A DNA stretch of 38,638 bases from Gemmatimonadaceae bacterium. Its GTDB lineage: Bacteria; Gemmatimonadota; Gemmatimonadetes; Gemmatimonadales; Gemmatimonadaceae. The notes under the pieces are model-generated. The model did no database searches. It had not been told where the DNA came from and saw only the letters and a list, made by a program, of their open reading frames with translations. How positions within the stretch are numbered: the stretch's first letter is position 1; each line of letters starts with the position of its first letter. Below, piece after piece: positions 19,270 to 28,827 of the stretch. The stretch is from positions 1 through 38,638 of the forward strand of contig JBEIUK010000001.1 of the NCBI GenBank assembly GCA_040374415.1. The letters are read 5' to 3'. A program made the position numbers and the translations under genes.

Positions 19270-19454
19270 GTCCCGCTCCCGTCAATTGTGAGTCAGCTGG
19301 ACCGCCCAGCGGTCCATGAAGTGCGGTCCGCCATGTTTCCATGGGGACTGCGTGGCGCGCCGCTCTCGGTCGCGCTTAGTTTCCGGACGCCCAGCGTCCG
19401 TCTTCGGAACGTAGTGGGGTCCCGTTCTCTTCGCCACCATTCGCCTTCTCGGTC

Positions 19455-20648
19455 ATGTCCCTCGTGTTCCAGCCGTCTGCCAACATTGCGCGCATGAAGG
19501 AGTCGGCCACGCTGGCCGTCGCTGCCAAGGCACGGTCGCTGAAGGCCGCGGGACGACAGATCATCGATCTTGGCGCCGGCGAGCCCGACTTCGACACGCC
19601 GGCCTTTATCCGAGAGGCCGCGGTGCAGGCGCTCGCCGAAGGGGCCACGCGCTACACGGCGACGGAAGGGATCCTGCCGCTCCGCGAGGCGATCGCCGCC
19701 GATGCGAACCGGTATGTCCGCGGGTTGGCGCCGGTGGCGGCCAATGAGGTGGTGGTCTCCAACGGTTCCAAGCAGTCGTTGTACAACGCGTGCGTCTGCT
19801 GCTTCGGGCCCGGCGACGAAGTGCTCGTGCCGACGCCGTCGTGGACCAGCTACTACGAGATGGTCGAGCTGGCACGTGCCACCTCGGTGCCGGTCTTTGG
19901 CGACCCCGCGCGCTCGCTGAAGGTGACGGCCGAGCAGCTGGCGGCCGCGGCGACGCCGCGCACGCGTGGGTTGATGTTGAATTCCCCGAGCAATCCGACG
20001 GGCGCCGTCTACTCGCGTGATGAGCTGGTGAGCATTCTCACCCTCGCCGCCGAGCGCGGCTGGTGGGTGATCGCCGACGAGATCTACATGCGGATCGCGT
20101 ATGACGGTGCCGCGGCGTCGGTGCTCTCGCTCGCGCCGACACGTGAGAATCTGATCGTGATCAACGGCGTCGCGAAGGCGTATGCCATGACGGGCTGGCG
20201 TATTGGGTGGTCGATCGCCCCAGTGGCGGTGACGAAGGCGATGACGGCGTTCCAGTCCCACACCACGTCGAATCCCGCGGCGGTGTCGCAGTACGCGGCC
20301 TTGGCGGCCCTCGCACGTGTCGACGAGGCCGACGCTGCGGTTGACGCGATGGTTCGCGCTTTTCACACGCGGCGGGATGCGGTGCTTCGCGCGCTCGCGG
20401 CCTTCCCGACGGTGCAGTACGTTCATCCCGCCGGCGCGTTCTATCTCTACATGAATGTTGCGGGCTACGCGGGGGCGGCCGATGCCGGCGCGACCTTCGC
20501 GGAGCGGGTGTTGGAACGCGAGAATGTCGCGGTCGTTCCGGGGAGCGCCTTTCTCACGCCGGATTGGATTCGCATGAGCTACGCCACGACGGAAGCCATC
20601 GCGGTGGAAGGGATCACCCGCGTGGCCCGCTGCTTCACCGAGGGCTGA
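19455..20648 (+). CDS. PLP-dependent class I/II aminotransferase (aspartate aminotransferase type)
   Basis: 'GEPDFDTP', 'NSPSNPTG', 'ADEIY' and the PLP-lysine motif 'AKAYAMTGWRIG'. Confidence 0.93.
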   Translation: MSLVFQPSANIARMKESATLAVAAKARSLKAAGRQIIDLGAGEPDFDTPAFIREAAVQALAEGATRYTATEGILPLREAIAADANRYVRGLAPVAANEVVVSNGSKQSLYNACVCCFGPGDEVLVPTPSWTSYYEMVELARATSVPVFGDPARSLKVTAEQLAAAATPRTRGLMLNSPSNPTGAVYSRDELVSILTLAAERGWWVIADEIYMRIAYDGAAASVLSLAPTRENLIVINGVAKAYAMTGWRIGWSIAPVAVTKAMTAFQSHTTSNPAAVSQYAALAALARVDEADAAVDAMVRAFHTRRDAVLRALAAFPTVQYVHPAGAFYLYMNVAGYAGAADAGATFAERVLERENVAVVPGSAFLTPDWIRMSYATTEAIAVEGITRVARCFTEG

Positions 20649-20652
20649 CCCC

Positions 20653-20931
20653 ATGATCACCACGATTGTGCTCGTGCAGGCGGATCCGAAGCACATTCCA
20701 GCCTGCGCCACGGTGCTGGCGGGCATTGAGGGCGTGACCGAGGTCTACTCGGTTTCCGGCGCCTGGGATCTGGTGGTCATTGTGCGGGTCCCGGACCTGG
20801 AACGCATCGCGACGGTCGTCACCGAGGAGTTCGCGCGCGTTCCAGGGATTGTGCGGACGCAAACGCTGACCGCATTCCGCGCCTACAGTCGCACCGATCT
20901 CGAGCAGGCGTGGGACATCGGGGTGGAGTGA
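20653..20931 (+). CDS. Lrp/AsnC ligand-binding (RAM) domain-only protein
   Basis: 'IEGVTEVYSVSGAWDLVVIVR...VPGIVRTQTLTAF'. 92 aa with no HTH. Confidence 0.88.
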   Translation: MITTIVLVQADPKHIPACATVLAGIEGVTEVYSVSGAWDLVVIVRVPDLERIATVVTEEFARVPGIVRTQTLTAFRAYSRTDLEQAWDIGVE

Positions 20932-20932
20932 A

Positions 20933-21916
20933 TCACCCCTGACAGCGGAGCAGTTGATTGAAGCTCTCCGTCCAGGAATCCGTCTGGAAGCGGAGGGCCA
21001 CCGTGGTCGGATATTTCCGATCGAACCGGCTGCCAAAGAACAGTTCCGCCCGGCCATCGCGATCGATATCGAGATATCCCAGCCACTCCATCGGCGGCGG
21101 GGTCTCCTGCGTGCCAAGGGTCGAGAAGACGTACGTGGGCTTGAAGCCATAGAGCCCCTTATCGAGCACCACCAGAAACTGCTTCGGACGTTGGGTGATG
21201 TACCGCACGGAATCGGCCACTTGGACCGTATCGGTGTAGATCGCCAGCAACGTCGGGGTGCGCGCGACCCCCGTGTTGAGCTGATGGACGTCCCGGACGT
21301 ATTTCGACAGCGTCCCCACGGGAATGCCGACACTCGGCGCAATGAGCGTGGGCACCGTCGCCATTGCCGACGCGACGACGTCGCCGGATACGGTGGCGTC
21401 TGGACGTTGCGGAGGCTGAGCGCCGGTCATCGCCAACAGCACCCCCTGACCCGAGGCCGTCTGCCCCGCCGGAATCAAGCGACTGCACCCTTCCAGGCTG
21501 TCGAGCTGGCTCCCGCCCTCCCACATCCCGCGCGTCAGCGTGATCGTGCCGTTCGGACGCCCATCGCGGATCGCGCTCAGCGTATGTCCCGCATGCAGAT
21601 ACTCCACGTCAAAGGCCCGCCACCCCCGGCCGCCCATGACGATCTGGCGGAACCCCTCCGTACCGATCGTTGCCACCGGCGCGACCAGGGTACCGGCCGA
21701 ATCTTTGTAAATGCGAAACAGAATGGCCGGCTTTCGGGCCATTAAGCTGCTGTCGACCTGCCAGCCGAGGTCTGACGAGACCACGGTGGATTCCTTGTTC
21801 AGCGCCCGCTGCAGGCGGTCGCAACCGGCCGTGACCGCGAGGACGGCCGCAAGGAGCAATGACCGGCCAGCCCGGCGCATGGGTCCCGCATTAATCGAGC
21901 GAATGTGTGGCGACAT
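20933..21916 (-). CDS. Hypothetical lipoprotein
   Basis: Lipobox 'LLLAAVLAVTAG-C' and a C-terminal 'DIDRDGRAE' Dx[DN]xDG motif. It fills the gap between neighbours. Start is uncertain (21916 or 21880). Confidence 0.7.
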   Translation of the reverse strand: MSPHIRSINAGPMRRAGRSLLLAAVLAVTAGCDRLQRALNKESTVVSSDLGWQVDSSLMARKPAILFRIYKDSAGTLVAPVATIGTEGFRQIVMGGRGWRAFDVEYLHAGHTLSAIRDGRPNGTITLTRGMWEGGSQLDSLEGCSRLIPAGQTASGQGVLLAMTGAQPPQRPDATVSGDVVASAMATVPTLIAPSVGIPVGTLSKYVRDVHQLNTGVARTPTLLAIYTDTVQVADSVRYITQRPKQFLVVLDKGLYGFKPTYVFSTLGTQETPPPMEWLGYLDIDRDGRAELFFGSRFDRKYPTTVALRFQTDSWTESFNQLLRCQG

Positions 21917-22050
21917 CTCCGGAGTTTCACCTCTCGGCTGCGGCTTGTCCATCGGGAGGGCGCTGACGGCGCTGTCCGGGACAGGCACCGACAGGGGCTG
22001 GGGACGTGTCCGCCGTTGTTACTTCGTGCCCGGGCGACTACCCTCCCCAC

Positions 22051-23103
22051 GTGCCTCCGTCGCCAGCGCCCACCGACCGCGATGCGGTCGTTTCCGCCCA
22101 CACGCTGCTGCGCCAGCTGCGGCCGTTGCTCGATGCCGTCACCACCGACGGCGCCCTGCGGGCCGGCGCCCTGGAGCGACTGGCTGGGCGCGGGGATCCG
22201 CCCACGGTGGCGCATTGCACGCGGCTCGAAGCGGGCGGCGGACGGCCGGTGCCGACGGCCACGCACGTCGGTGTTGATGCCTTCCTGGATGGTATTCAGC
22301 GCACGCGGGTGATTGGCCACCTGGGCACGACCCCGCTGTTGTTCGCGACCGTCGCGGCCGTGGTCCGCGTTCGCGCGGATCGCCAGTTAACCACGTGGGA
22401 GGCGCCGCGGCTGCGGCATCTGGTGCTTGCGGCGCGCGCGCAGGTGGGGGAGGCGCGGTGGGAGGCGCTCGGTGCCACCGGGGTTGAGTTGATCGATGTG
22501 GCCGAGGCGGACGACGCCAACCTGGTGGGGCATCCGCTCGCCGTGCGCGCCCGCGCCCTCGATCAGGTGGGGCTGCAGCGCGAGGCGCTGGAACGCGCGC
22601 TCGCGGCGGCGTGGTGCCGGACGGAATCGCGCTGGCTTTGGGTCGATGGGGGCATTTCCGGAAATCTCGCCATCGATGCCCACGCCACCGCCTTTGGCGT
22701 CGTGAAATCCCACAGCACACTCTACGGGGATGCCGCGCTGCTCCACACGACGCTCACGCTGGCGGCCGGCGAACGCGGTCCGGTCTTTCTCGTGCAGCAT
22801 CGGGGGCGTCGGGCGGTGGCCAGCTGGTATCTCCGCGTGCATGGGTCATCCGACGGCGATCCGTTGCATGGCCTTGTGCGGGTTGAAGTCGCACCACCAG
22901 ACACGCTGCGTCTCCTGCCGGATGGACAACTCGATGCGGCGGCGACCGTTGCCGTGCCGATGCTGGCGGCGCGCGCCGATCACCTCAGTAGTTGGATCCG
23001 CGCGGATCGTGCTCCGCTCGCGCTCCCCGATCCACGATGGCCCACGCTGACGTACGGCGTGGCCGCCTGTGAACAGTACCTCAACGCGCTAATTGGCTCA
23101 TGA
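22051..23103 (+). CDS. nurA: NurA-family 5'-3' nuclease (RNase H-like fold)
   Basis: 'FLDGIQR', 'WVDG', 'GVVKSH', 'GER.PVF', 'SWYLR', 'GLVRVE' and a C-terminal 'D.RWP...EQYL'. Its stop overlaps the herA start (ATGA). GTG 22051 is preceded by TACCCT-N6. Confidence 0.8.
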   Translation: MPPSPAPTDRDAVVSAHTLLRQLRPLLDAVTTDGALRAGALERLAGRGDPPTVAHCTRLEAGGGRPVPTATHVGVDAFLDGIQRTRVIGHLGTTPLLFATVAAVVRVRADRQLTTWEAPRLRHLVLAARAQVGEARWEALGATGVELIDVAEADDANLVGHPLAVRARALDQVGLQREALERALAAAWCRTESRWLWVDGGISGNLAIDAHATAFGVVKSHSTLYGDAALLHTTLTLAAGERGPVFLVQHRGRRAVASWYLRVHGSSDGDPLHGLVRVEVAPPDTLRLLPDGQLDAAATVAVPMLAARADHLSSWIRADRAPLALPDPRWPTLTYGVAACEQYLNALIGS

Positions 23104-25073
23104 CGCACGACGACGCAGCTCCCGTAGCCATCGGTCGGGTCGTGGCGACCGAGCGGAAGCCCAACACCCCGCACGAATTTCACTTCTGGACCGCTGAAGA
23201 CAGCCCCGTCGGCATCGGCACCATTGTGCGGGTGGAAGGACCTCGTCCGGTCGGCACGCAGATTCCCCGGATCTACGGGGTGGTCGTGGAAGGGTTCAGC
23301 TACTCCGATCTGCAGTCCCCGCTGCACGATGTGCTGGGACACGACGGCCATCCCACGGGCGGCATTCCCGCGGCGACGGCCCGCACGGAGATTCGGTTGT
23401 ACACCGCGCAGGTGCTGCGGCATGTCCCCGAAGAGCCGCTGCAGCCCGTGCCGCTGGGTGAGGTGTTTCTCGCCACGGATGCCGATGTGGCGGTGGCCCT
23501 GCGTATGGATGGCTATTGCCGACCGGAACGGAATACCGGCATTCCGGTGGGGGTGTACGGCGCCGGCGGCATGCGATCCCCGATCTTCATCGACGCCGAA
23601 TTTCTCGTGGGCCCAGAGGCCGCGCACCTGAACATCTCGGGGGTGTCCGGACTCGCCACCAAGACGAGCGCGATCGAATGGCTGCTGCAAAGTCTTTTCG
23701 CCCACTTTCCGGCGCGCATGGGAAGCATCGCCGCCGTCTGTTTCAATGTGAAGGGACCGGATCTGTGCTTCCTCGATCAGCCCGGTCATCTCGAGGAATC
23801 GGATCGCGCACTGTATGACCTGCTCCAGGTGCCCGCCGAACCCTTCACGCAGGTGCAGTACTACGCGCCGTACACGGCGCGCGGGCTGTCGCTCGATACG
23901 CTGCGCTCGCACCCGGATCTCGCCGAGGCGGTGCAGCCACTGAGCTGGGGGCTCGCGGAAGTGCTGCAGTTCGCGGAGGTGCTGCTGAACAAGGATGACG
24001 TCGATGCCAAAGCCGATGCGCTCATCGACTTCATCCGCGAACGCGTCGTTGGCAAAGACTTTCAGGACCCCAGTCTGTCGCAGACACATCGCGTGCAGTC
24101 GTTCGCCGATCTCGATGCCTGGTTTCGGGACGTGCTGCGAAAGCTCGAGGAAGGCAGTGGCGATACCTGGCGGACCCATCATGCGGCCACCATCCGCAAA
24201 GTGCGCAATCGACTCTCCAATCTCTCCACACGCTGTGCCGGTCTCGTGACCGACGATGGCGCCGTCTCCGATCTGCCCTTTGGGGAGTTCGCCGATCGGA
24301 CGGTCTACGTCGTCGATGTCTCGCAGTCCAAAGAAGACGCGCAGGATCTTGTCTTTGCCCGCGTCGTCTCCCGTCTCCGGGAGCAGTTGGAACGGCGCGC
24401 CCTCGGCGTCGATCATGTGATCGTCTTCGTGGACGAACTGAACAAGTACGCCGCCAATGACGGACCAGACACCTACGTGAAGAAAATGCTGCTGGATATC
24501 GCCGAACGCGGTCGGTATCTGGGGCTCGTGCTCTTCGGTGCGCAGCAATTTCGGTCGCAGGTGCATCGGCGCGTCGTGGGCAATGCCGGCACCACCCTGT
24601 TCGGTCGGATGGACGGCGATGAGCTGGCCACGCCGGGGTATCAGGTGCTGTCGCCGGCCGTCAAGGCGCGCCTGGCGACGTTGGACAAGGGGCAGCTTAT
24701 GGTCCGGCACCCGCACTTTGCGCAGCCTGTGTTCATCCGGTTCCCCCGTCCGGCGGTGCTCTCCGGGCGTGAAGGGGTCGATCGCTTTCCGCAGGCCCCG
24801 GAGCCATCGCTCGCCGCGGCCGTGGCCACGGAGCTCCGGCGGTTGGATCCGTCGATTGACCTCGGATGGACGCAGCAGGCGATCCTGCTGTATGAGGAGC
24901 AGGAGGTTCTCGCTGCCCGGAACGCCGTGCTGCGCCGTCGTCCGGAGCAGGTGAAGGACGCCTTCACGCGGGAGCTGGCCCGACGGGCACGCCCCACGGC
25001 GGTGGATGCCGAGGCGGTGGCCCCCCGTTCACGGGCGCTCCGGTCCTTTGCCCCCGACGAATACGGGGGCTGA
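23100..25073 (+). CDS. herA: HerA/FtsK-family DNA translocase ATPase (HAS-barrel plus ATPase)
   Basis: N-terminal barrel 'IGRVVATE..PNTPHEFHFW', Walker A variant 'HLNISGVSGLATKTS', 'FNVKG.D', Walker B 'VFVDELNKYA' and 'IAERGRYLGLVLFGAQQ'. Confidence 0.88.
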   Translation: MTHDDAAPVAIGRVVATERKPNTPHEFHFWTAEDSPVGIGTIVRVEGPRPVGTQIPRIYGVVVEGFSYSDLQSPLHDVLGHDGHPTGGIPAATARTEIRLYTAQVLRHVPEEPLQPVPLGEVFLATDADVAVALRMDGYCRPERNTGIPVGVYGAGGMRSPIFIDAEFLVGPEAAHLNISGVSGLATKTSAIEWLLQSLFAHFPARMGSIAAVCFNVKGPDLCFLDQPGHLEESDRALYDLLQVPAEPFTQVQYYAPYTARGLSLDTLRSHPDLAEAVQPLSWGLAEVLQFAEVLLNKDDVDAKADALIDFIRERVVGKDFQDPSLSQTHRVQSFADLDAWFRDVLRKLEEGSGDTWRTHHAATIRKVRNRLSNLSTRCAGLVTDDGAVSDLPFGEFADRTVYVVDVSQSKEDAQDLVFARVVSRLREQLERRALGVDHVIVFVDELNKYAANDGPDTYVKKMLLDIAERGRYLGLVLFGAQQFRSQVHRRVVGNAGTTLFGRMDGDELATPGYQVLSPAVKARLATLDKGQLMVRHPHFAQPVFIRFPRPAVLSGREGVDRFPQAPEPSLAAAVATELRRLDPSIDLGWTQQAILLYEEQEVLAARNAVLRRRPEQVKDAFTRELARRARPTAVDAEAVAPRSRALRSFAPDEYGG

Positions 25074-25138
25074 GCTCCGGGAGCCTCCATGCGGGTGGAT
25101 CCGGTGCTGGCGGGGCCCTCGCCGTCGCTGGGTTCGTC

Positions 25139-25144
25139 TAGATT
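25139..25144 (+). promoter_or_regulatory. Putative -10 box (TAGATT) 6 nt upstream of the mre11/sbcD ATG (leaderless promoter)
   Basis: TAGATT-tccggg-ATG, with no SD. The same geometry is seen at four other genes. Confidence 0.45.
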
Positions 25145-25150
25145 TCCGGG

Positions 25151-26347
25151 ATGCGCCTTATCCACCTCGCGGATCTGCATCTGGGGTTTCGGCAGTATCA
25201 GCGGTTGACCCCGTCGGGGATCAACCAGCGGGAGGCTGATGTCGCCGGGACCGTCCAGCGCGCGATTGCGCAGATCGTCGCCTGCGCGCCCGATGTCATT
25301 GTGGTGGGTGGCGACATCTTTCATTCGGTCCGGCCATCGAATCCGGCCATCCTGCACGCCTTCCGCGCCTTTTCAACGCTGCGCGATCGCTTGCCAGCGA
25401 CCGAGATCGTGATGGTGGCGGGGAACCATGATGCGCCACGCACGACGGAGACGGGGTGCATTCTGCGTCTCTTCCGGGAAATTGGCGTGCACGTGGCCGA
25501 CGCCAAGGCCGAGCTGTTCACGTTCCCATCACGCTCGCTCGCCGTGCTCGCCGTCCCCGATGTCCCCGGGATTGATCGGCCGGTGTTGACGCCGCCGACA
25601 GGTTTCACGCATACGGTGCTGCTGATGCACGGCGAAGTGGCAGGCATGTTGCCGGCACACGCGGCCCCAACAGATCGCGCCGCCATTGAGATCCCGGCCG
25701 CCGACCTGCATGCGGATTCCTGGAGCTACGTCGCGCTCGGCCACTATCACGTCTATCGCGAGGTCGCGCCGCGCGCGTACTACAGCGGCTCGCTCGATTA
25801 CACGAGTTCGAATCCATGGGGTGAGCTTCGCGAGCAGCGGGAGCAAGGGGTGCCGGGGAAAGGCTTCATCGAGCAGGACCTGGCAACGGGGGCGCACCGT
25901 TTTCATCCCGTCGCGCCGGCGCGTCCGCTGCTCGATCTCGAACCGATTGATGCGACCGGCATGGGGACGGCGGAGGTTGATGCCGCCTTGAAGGCGCGCG
26001 TGGAGACGGCTCCCGGCGGGATCGATGATCGCATTGTGCGGGTCACGGTGCGCAATGTGCCACGGCATGTGGTGCGTGAGCTGGATCATGCGGCACTGCG
26101 TGAGTATCGCCGTCGCGCGACGCATTTCCACCTCGATACGCGGCGCCCCGATCCCGCCGTGCGCCGCCGCAGTGGCGACGGCGCCGGCGGACCGCGTGCC
26201 ACGCTGGCGGATCTGCTCGCCGAGCGATTGCAGGAGCGTACGGTGCCCGCAGAGGTCGATCGGCAGCAGCTGATCACGTTGGGGCTGCGCTATCTCCAGC
26301 AGGCGGATGAAGCCGTGACGGCGGCGATGCCGGTGGGGACGGACTGA
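25151..26347 (+). CDS. sbcD: Mre11/SbcD metallophosphoesterase nuclease
   Basis: Five motifs are present: 'HLADLHLG', 'GDIFH', 'GNHD', 'MHG' and 'LGHYH', plus 'YSGS'. Confidence 0.93.
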   Translation: MRLIHLADLHLGFRQYQRLTPSGINQREADVAGTVQRAIAQIVACAPDVIVVGGDIFHSVRPSNPAILHAFRAFSTLRDRLPATEIVMVAGNHDAPRTTETGCILRLFREIGVHVADAKAELFTFPSRSLAVLAVPDVPGIDRPVLTPPTGFTHTVLLMHGEVAGMLPAHAAPTDRAAIEIPAADLHADSWSYVALGHYHVYREVAPRAYYSGSLDYTSSNPWGELREQREQGVPGKGFIEQDLATGAHRFHPVAPARPLLDLEPIDATGMGTAEVDAALKARVETAPGGIDDRIVRVTVRNVPRHVVRELDHAALREYRRRATHFHLDTRRPDPAVRRRSGDGAGGPRATLADLLAERLQERTVPAEVDRQQLITLGLRYLQQADEAVTAAMPVGTD

Positions 26348-28827
26348 TGCGGCTCCTCTCGCTGCGGCTCCAGAATTTTCGGCAGCATGCGGACACCCGC
26401 GTCACGTTCGATCGCGGGCTGACCGGGATCATTGGCCCCAATGGCTCGGGGAAGTCCACGCTGCTCGAAGCGATCGCCTGGGCGCTGTACGGTATGCAGG
26501 CGGCCCGCGGGACGCGGGACAGCATCCGGAACGCCCGCGCCGAGTCGCGGGCCCCGGTGAAGGTCGAACTGGAGTTTGAGCTGGCGGGACATCGCTATCG
26601 GGTCACGCGCGGTTTGACGGGCGCCGAATGCTTCCTCGATGGCGGCACGGCGCCCATTGCCAGTACGATCACCGGCGTCTCCGAGCTGTTGCAGCGTCGG
26701 CTCGGTATGACGCGGGCCGAATTCTTTCATACGTACTTCACCGAGCAGAAAGAGCTTGATGTCATGGCGTCGCTGGGCGCCGCGGAGCGGGCCCGCTTTC
26801 TCTCGCGGGTGCTTGGCTACGACCGCCTCACCAGTGCGCAGGAGCTGGTGAAGGATCACCGCCGCGTGATCAACAGCGAAGCGACTGGCGTGCGCAAGGG
26901 ACTGGTCGATGCGCCGCGCGTCCGGCAGCAGCATGCCGATGCGCAGCAGCGTGTCGCCTCGACGCGTCAACAGACACGCCTCCTGAACGCGCACCGTGAC
27001 GCCGCCGCCGCAACGCTGGCGGAGCTGACCCCGCGCTGGGTGGCCGCGGAGGCGGAGCGCGAGCAGGCCGCGGTGCAGCAGGCGGCGATCGCTCTCGCCG
27101 AGGCCACCGTTGTCTCGCGGACGCATGATCTCGCGCAAATCGATCGGGCGCTTGGCGAGATTGAGATCGCGCATCAAGAGCGCGCGCCACTGCTTGCGGC
27201 GCTGGTGCCACTCGCCTCAGTGCGGGAGGCGTTGGCGGCGCAGGATGTCTTGGCCGCTGCTGAGGGGCGGCGGCAGGGATTGCTGGAGCGTCTCCGCGGG
27301 CATGAGGCGGACCTGGTGCGGCTGACTGAGCGGTTGGAAAAACTGGCGTCAGCGCCGTCGCTCGAGGCGCCGGCTCAGGCGCAGCTCACGACGGCGCGCG
27401 AGGCACTGAGTGCACTGGAGCATGCGTTGGATGAGGCGCGGACCGCGTGGGCGCGCGACCGGCAGGAAGCGGAAACGCGTCTCGAAACCCTCCGGGCCCA
27501 GTTCAGCGAGTTGAGCAGCCAACAGCAGACGATGCAGGGATTGGGGGCCAATAGCCCATGCCCCACCTGTGGACGCCCGTTGGGGGCGTCGTACACCACC
27601 GTGCTGGATGAGCTCACCGCGCAGGTGGACATCGTCCGGACGGATGGGAATTACTACCGGCAACGGGTGGAGCAGTTGACGCGGCTGCCGGAGAAAGTGG
27701 TGGCGATGGATGAGCAGCGTCGGAGCGCGCAGGGGGAGTTGACGACGCTGGAGCGGCGTCTCGTGCGCATTCAGGAGGCGATCCGCGAGCGGCTGGGGTT
27801 GCTGGAGCAGGACGGCGCCCTGCGCAGTCGGCGTGACGAGGCGGCGCAGGCACTGGCGGCGCTCCCGGCCGGCTACGATCCCCAGGAGCATACGCGGTTG
27901 CGCCAGGCGGCTGCGCAGTTGGTGACATTGGACACACAGATCGCCCGACTGGATGGGGTGCTCCTCCGGGAAGCCACGCTACGCGCCGAGCGGACCCGCA
28001 CGGCCGAAGCGCTGACCGCCGCTCGTGAGCACGTCGCGACGGTGGCGGCGTCGAGTGCCGCGACGCTGCTCGCTGATGCGGACTATGCCGCGTTGCGTGC
28101 GGCCCATGTCGCCGCCCGTGATGAGGCGCATCGCACGGAGGTCGAGGCGGCGCGCGCGGTCCGTGATGCCGAACATGCCACGGCCGACTTGGCGTCAGCC
28201 ACGACCGCGCTGGAGACCCTCACGACGCTGGAAGCGTCGCTGGCGACACTCGACCGGGACCGCCTGCTGCACGAGGAGCTGGATCGCGCTTTTGGTGAAT
28301 TGCGTACCGATCTCAACGTGCAGCTGCGCCCAGAGCTCGCGGAAATCGCGAGCCGGTTCTTGGATGTGCTCACCGATGGTCGCTACAACGCGCTGGAGTT
28401 CGACGAGGAATACAATCTCGTCGTGCTCGAGGACGGGTTGCCGAAGCCGGTGATCTCCGGCGGGGAAGAGGATCTGTGCAATCTCGTGCTGCGTCTGGCC
28501 ATTTCGCAGATGATTGCCGAACGGGCCGGTCAGGCGTTCTCGCTCTTGATTCTCGACGAAGTCTTTGGATCCCTCGATGATGTGCGGCGTGGGAACGTGG
28601 TGGAGCTGTTGCGCCGGATCAATGATCGCTTTGAGCAGGTGATCGTGATCACCCACATCGAACAGGTCCGCGAAGGACTGGATCGCGTGCTGGTGGTGCG
28701 CTTCGATGAAGAGCGCGGGACCAGCGTGGTCACCGAGGGGACGGCCGGGATGGCTGGTCGGAGCAGCGACGATGGATTCCTGGCGAACGAAGACGATGAG
28801 TCTGCCGATCTGATGGGGGTGGGATGA
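26347..28827 (+). CDS. sbcC: Rad50/SbcC SMC-like ATPase
   Basis: Walker A GPNGSGKST, Q-loop FTEQ, coiled coil with central zinc hook CPTC, signature ISGGE, Walker B/D-loop LILDEVFGSLD and H-loop ITH. TGATG overlap with sbcD. Confidence 0.93.
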   Translation: MRLLSLRLQNFRQHADTRVTFDRGLTGIIGPNGSGKSTLLEAIAWALYGMQAARGTRDSIRNARAESRAPVKVELEFELAGHRYRVTRGLTGAECFLDGGTAPIASTITGVSELLQRRLGMTRAEFFHTYFTEQKELDVMASLGAAERARFLSRVLGYDRLTSAQELVKDHRRVINSEATGVRKGLVDAPRVRQQHADAQQRVASTRQQTRLLNAHRDAAAATLAELTPRWVAAEAEREQAAVQQAAIALAEATVVSRTHDLAQIDRALGEIEIAHQERAPLLAALVPLASVREALAAQDVLAAAEGRRQGLLERLRGHEADLVRLTERLEKLASAPSLEAPAQAQLTTAREALSALEHALDEARTAWARDRQEAETRLETLRAQFSELSSQQQTMQGLGANSPCPTCGRPLGASYTTVLDELTAQVDIVRTDGNYYRQRVEQLTRLPEKVVAMDEQRRSAQGELTTLERRLVRIQEAIRERLGLLEQDGALRSRRDEAAQALAALPAGYDPQEHTRLRQAAAQLVTLDTQIARLDGVLLREATLRAERTRTAEALTAAREHVATVAASSAATLLADADYAALRAAHVAARDEAHRTEVEAARAVRDAEHATADLASATTALETLTTLEASLATLDRDRLLHEELDRAFGELRTDLNVQLRPELAEIASRFLDVLTDGRYNALEFDEEYNLVVLEDGLPKPVISGGEEDLCNLVLRLAISQMIAERAGQAFSLLILDEVFGSLDDVRRGNVVELLRRINDRFEQVIVITHIEQVREGLDRVLVVRFDEERGTSVVTEGTAGMAGRSSDDGFLANEDDESADLMGVG

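Noticed and set aside
22051-28827. Known defence systems (Sir2-HerA/Nezha, Lamassu, Wadjet)
   Set aside because: There are no Sir2, effector or kleisin/KITE genes. The partners are NurA and a complete Mre11, and no island features are seen.
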